From: Eledone cirrhosa
Lineage: Eukaryota
Direction: 5' to 3'
DNA: 64,000 bases
Assembly (NCBI GenBank): GCA_964016885.1
Contig: OZ024745.1
Span: 60,636,001-60,700,000, forward strand
Position numbers and translations under genes: made by a program. The notes below the pieces were generated by a model. The model worked only from the letters and a program-made list of their open reading frames with translations, did not search any database and had not been told where the DNA came from. Below are positions 60,161-64,000 of the stretch, one piece after another (positions within the stretch are counted from its first letter, which is position 1; each line of letters starts with the position of its first letter).

Positions 60161-61585
60161 TGTCTTCTCGAGTTTGACGTGATGGTAAAGAAAACAAAAG
60201 GACACTTGTGGTGATGGTGGTGTTATAATGCCAGTGGTGAGGGCGGTATTAAAATGGTAGTGCTGGTGGTGGTTGTGTTGCTGCTGGTGCTGGTGGTGAC
60301 GGTGATGGTGGTGGTGTAGTTGGTGGTGGCGGTGACGGTGGTGTAGAGGAACCTGGCTACAATCAACAAGTGTTGAAGTAATTTTTTTTCATTTTTCTTT
60401 CTTTCTTTGCATAACGTTCAAAAAGCACCAAACTGTATAACCCCTAAATATATCTGCATCTTCTCGTAGTTTCGCCTATGTAGCTTCTAGTGATAGCCAT
60501 AGCATTCGCAGCTTTTTATCATCTTTGATGGTATAACAATAGCTATGGTGGTTACTTACTGTCTCTATAAAATAGTATATATAACAGGAATATGGTAATG
60601 AAAGGGTTAAGTAATCACATTGATGGCCTCCCCCACAGACTCGCCGGACAGAATGGAGAAGGCGTTGTCCCGGAGGATAGTAAGGGAGATGTAAACTTAA
60701 TTCAGGGGGGAATCGACATAAGGAAATTCCAATAAAAATGAATTTTCCTCACTAAATATGAAACAGCCTAGTGTGTATTTATTAGCAACATAACCCTGCC
60801 AAAGTTTAACATTATCTGCTTCAACACATGATTTCACATCAAGAATCTTGCAAAATAAATACAGTATCAAATTAATAGCATTAGTAATATTTTACATCAT
60901 GTTTTAGAATGCTGATAATGCTAGAGTGAGGAGAACAAGCTTTTCTCTTATCAGTAAAACTGTAAAGTTGTTTACTTATCTCAGATGTAAATAACTCTGA
61001 CCAACAACCTTCAGAAACCCACCTGCTATTTATTCTGTCAAGGTAATAAACTGTTTTGTTTTTATTATTTTTTTTTTTTTTCAATAGTGTGTGTTGTAGC
61101 TGCTACTGATGACTGATGATGATGATGATGATGATGATGTGATGAGGGAAAGGGGACAGGGGGATGAGGAGGTGGGGTGGGGGAAGAGAAGGCGAGGGGG
61201 GCGATGATGATGATGATGATAATGAGGAGGAGGAGGGGGGGGGGTGAATGTATGGGAGAGTGAGGATGAGGATGAAGATGATGATTTTGAGGAGGAGATG
61301 GAGAAGTTGGTGGTGGTGGTGATGATGATGATGATGATGATGCTGCTTATGATGATGATGATGATGATGAGGAGGAGGAAGAGGAGGAGGAGGTGCTTCA
61401 TGGTGAAACATTTAGCGCAGCTGCTGCCTTAGACACCGAACCTGTTTGTAATTTTCCAGTAGTGAAAAGTCGCAGTAGTTATTAAAAGTATATTCTAGGT
61501 TTAGAAAACACATAGAGACGACGGAGTGGGCAGGAGGGGAATGGGGGAAGAGTATTCCATATTAGAGGACTATAGTGCTCTAGGT

Positions 61586-61773
61586 CAGGGTTTCTCAGGG
61601 TTTCCCAAACTTTTCAAATGCAGAACCCCTTTTTGGTTCAGAAACTTTTGGGGGAACGCGTGTCTAATATTGTTATATGGTCGTAATATAAATATAATCA
61701 TCTCCCCCCCCCCCCCCCAGACCCTCCTTTGCGGAACCCTTGGATTTTGCGGAACCAACTTTGGGAACCCTTG
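61586..61773. mobile_element. hAT-type MITE
   Basis: cagggtttcccaaa / tttgggaacccttg TIRs; TCTAG-containing imperfect TSD. Confidence 0.7.
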
Positions 61774-62606
61774 GTCTAGTGTCTAGATGTTCATTCTCAT
61801 GACTAATGGTGATTTGAACAGAGTGAAACTGGAATTTTTCCGAGGAATAGACTAGAGGAGAGCATTCAATTAAAAAAGAGCTAAGGTATTAATTAATACT
61901 TTTGAAATTAGTACAATGTATATTTTTTCTAAATGTATATATTCTCCTATATTGAGGTGAATTGGCAGAGTCGTTAGAGCGTCGGACAAATGCTTTACGA
62001 TATTTGTTCTAGGACATTACTTTTTTTTTTTTATTTTTTTTTTTTTAGTTCAAATCCCGCTGAGGTCATCTTTGCCTTTCATCCTTACAATATCGATTAA
62101 AAATAAGGTCAAATTATTGGCCTTGTGCCAATTTTAGAAAGAATATTGATTTCTAATTTAGATATAAAGCCAGCAAAGATTTCAGGAAGATCAAAGTTGA
62201 TTTAATCAATCCCCGGTGACATAAGGCATTTCATGGGCATTTAAAACCTGGCGGAGACCATCACTCTCTGAATCTTAACACAGCCGATTTCTTCCAGGGT
62301 AGAAGAGTGTGAGTGATAGAGAGGAGGTGATATAGAGGAAGAATCAACCCTAGTACTGGACTGGTACTTTATATTGACCTTGAAATGAGAAAGGCATAGT
62401 TGACATCGATAAGATTTTTAACTCAGCGTGCACCTCTATCGAAGTATAAATGCGCACGAGTTTTAATTAAAATATAATTTCCTGATGTTATTCGGAAGAT
62501 ATTGAGGAGATAGATTTACAAGAACGATTTCTGATATCATAATGAAATATTAATCTATCTGGGAATCAGAATCTAATATATAAATTTGAGCGACTTCCGT
62601 CACACA

Positions 62607-62721
<115 letters not shown>

Positions 62722-62796
62722 AAAGTATGTGTGTGTAAAAGGAAGGAAGGGGATGGTGAAAAACTATAGAAAAACAGCGACGAGCGTTCCATTTGC

Positions 62797-62863
<67 letters not shown>

Positions 62864-63573
62864 TATGTCTGTGAGTGTGTATTTCTGTAAGTGTGTCTGT
62901 GTTTGCACGTTTATATTTATATACTCATACATATAAATGTTTGCTTATGTACACATACACATACACATATACACATACACATATACACATGCACATATAC
63001 ACATACGCGTCAACGTGTTGAAAAAGATTCTAGTATTTATAAACTTCTGATGTAGTTTGTTCGGTCTGTCTGTTATCGGCTTTGAAGTGAACCGGTCAAT
63101 GCTCTCCTCGCTTTTTTGCATTTCTTTATCGTTCTATATCCCATACTGTATCAAAACAATGTTTATTTATCAGAGATGAAGTTGAAGAGTATGCCTGCAT
63201 TATTGTTGTTATTGCTGTTGCTGTTCTTTTCGTTTTGTTGTTTTTATTGTTTATCACTGTTCTGTTTGCAGGTTTGGTTATTTTGTAGTTTATATTGTTG
63301 CTGTTGTGGCTGATTAAGTTGCGTGCTCTTTGGCCCGCCAACCTTTCTGTTCTTTTTTGTAGGGTGACGGTCATTAGTCGTTTTCTTTCACTCCTCCTCC
63401 CTCATAACCAAGATTTTATTCTCCATTATAATCAGACAATTGGGTGCCGTTTAAGAGGATAATCTAGTTGAATATCTTGTTTAAGTTATCCGAGTGTATA
63501 TCTCCGTAAATTTCGGACCAGGTTTCATAGCGGTACTTGTTCACACCCAGAACTGTGTTCTGTTCCTCTAGGA

Positions 63574-63740
63574 CAGAGTTTTCCAAAAATTTTCAAACGC
63601 GGAATCCTTTTTGATTCAGAAACTTTTGGGGTAACCCCAAAGTCTAATACTGTTATATGGTTGTAATATAAATATACTCCTCTACCTTTTTTCACGGAAC
63701 CCCAGACATTCGTTTGCGGAACCCACTTTGGGAACCACTG
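63574..63740. mobile_element. hAT-type MITE (related to 61586-61773)
   Basis: cagagttttccaaa / tttgggaaccactg; 8-bp TSD ctctagga. Confidence 0.88.
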
Positions 63741-64000
63741 CTCTAGGACAATGCATGTCACCAACCAACTGAAGTTTAATTCTGGCGACACATTCAACAT
63801 ATAAAGCTTCACTGCTCACCGATTCATGTATTTTGGAATGAGGCCACCCCTCCAATCTCCAATCTCTCTCTCAATCTCTCTCTCTCAATCTCTTCCTTTT
63901 CTCTCTCATTCACTGGAGAGTGAAATGTTTCTTTGCATGAACTTTCGAGAGGAATCTAAACTCTCTTGTCGCCCAGCAGGAATAAAAAAAAAAAGACCTA

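Noticed and set aside
60440-60510. Minus-strand SYIGETTRR resembling GIY-YIG
   Set aside because: Only a short motif with a nearby stop and no flanking similarity
61081-61432. His/Ser/Met-rich ORFs (also 29344-29622)
   Set aside because: Trinucleotide microsatellites (GAT, GAG, TAG, TGG); no exon evidence

Overview
Repeat-saturated eukaryotic (non-genic or intronic) DNA; the (TA)n/(CA)n/(GA)n load and the tRNA-derived SINE families suggest an octopod cephalopod (inference). No intact host gene is supported, and most ORFs in the track are microsatellite read-throughs. Content: fragments of Penelope-like elements (PLEs; one RT + GIY-YIG, two GIY-YIG-only), RTE, CR1-group, R4/Dong-like and CRE-like LINE remnants, about 20 SINEs, hAT and piggyBac-type MITEs, a non-autonomous Helitron, a ~1.7-kb tandem duplication of cryptic (TA) repeat, and a 4-copy ~3.8-4.0-kb tandem array (43939-58930). 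The main signal is a dense, multi-family set of type I hammerhead ribozyme (HHR) motifs, all folded by eye. They lie in short non-coding elements mostly embedded in (TA)n. Many elements are fold-back palindromes whose symmetry axis sits at the ribozyme core, and two are retrozyme/pLTR-like tandem units. Three HHRs with different stem II sequences share a C·C mismatch at stem II position 4. A 19-bp minisatellite occurs only at the internal junctions of the 4-kb array. Boundaries of degenerate repeats are approximate.
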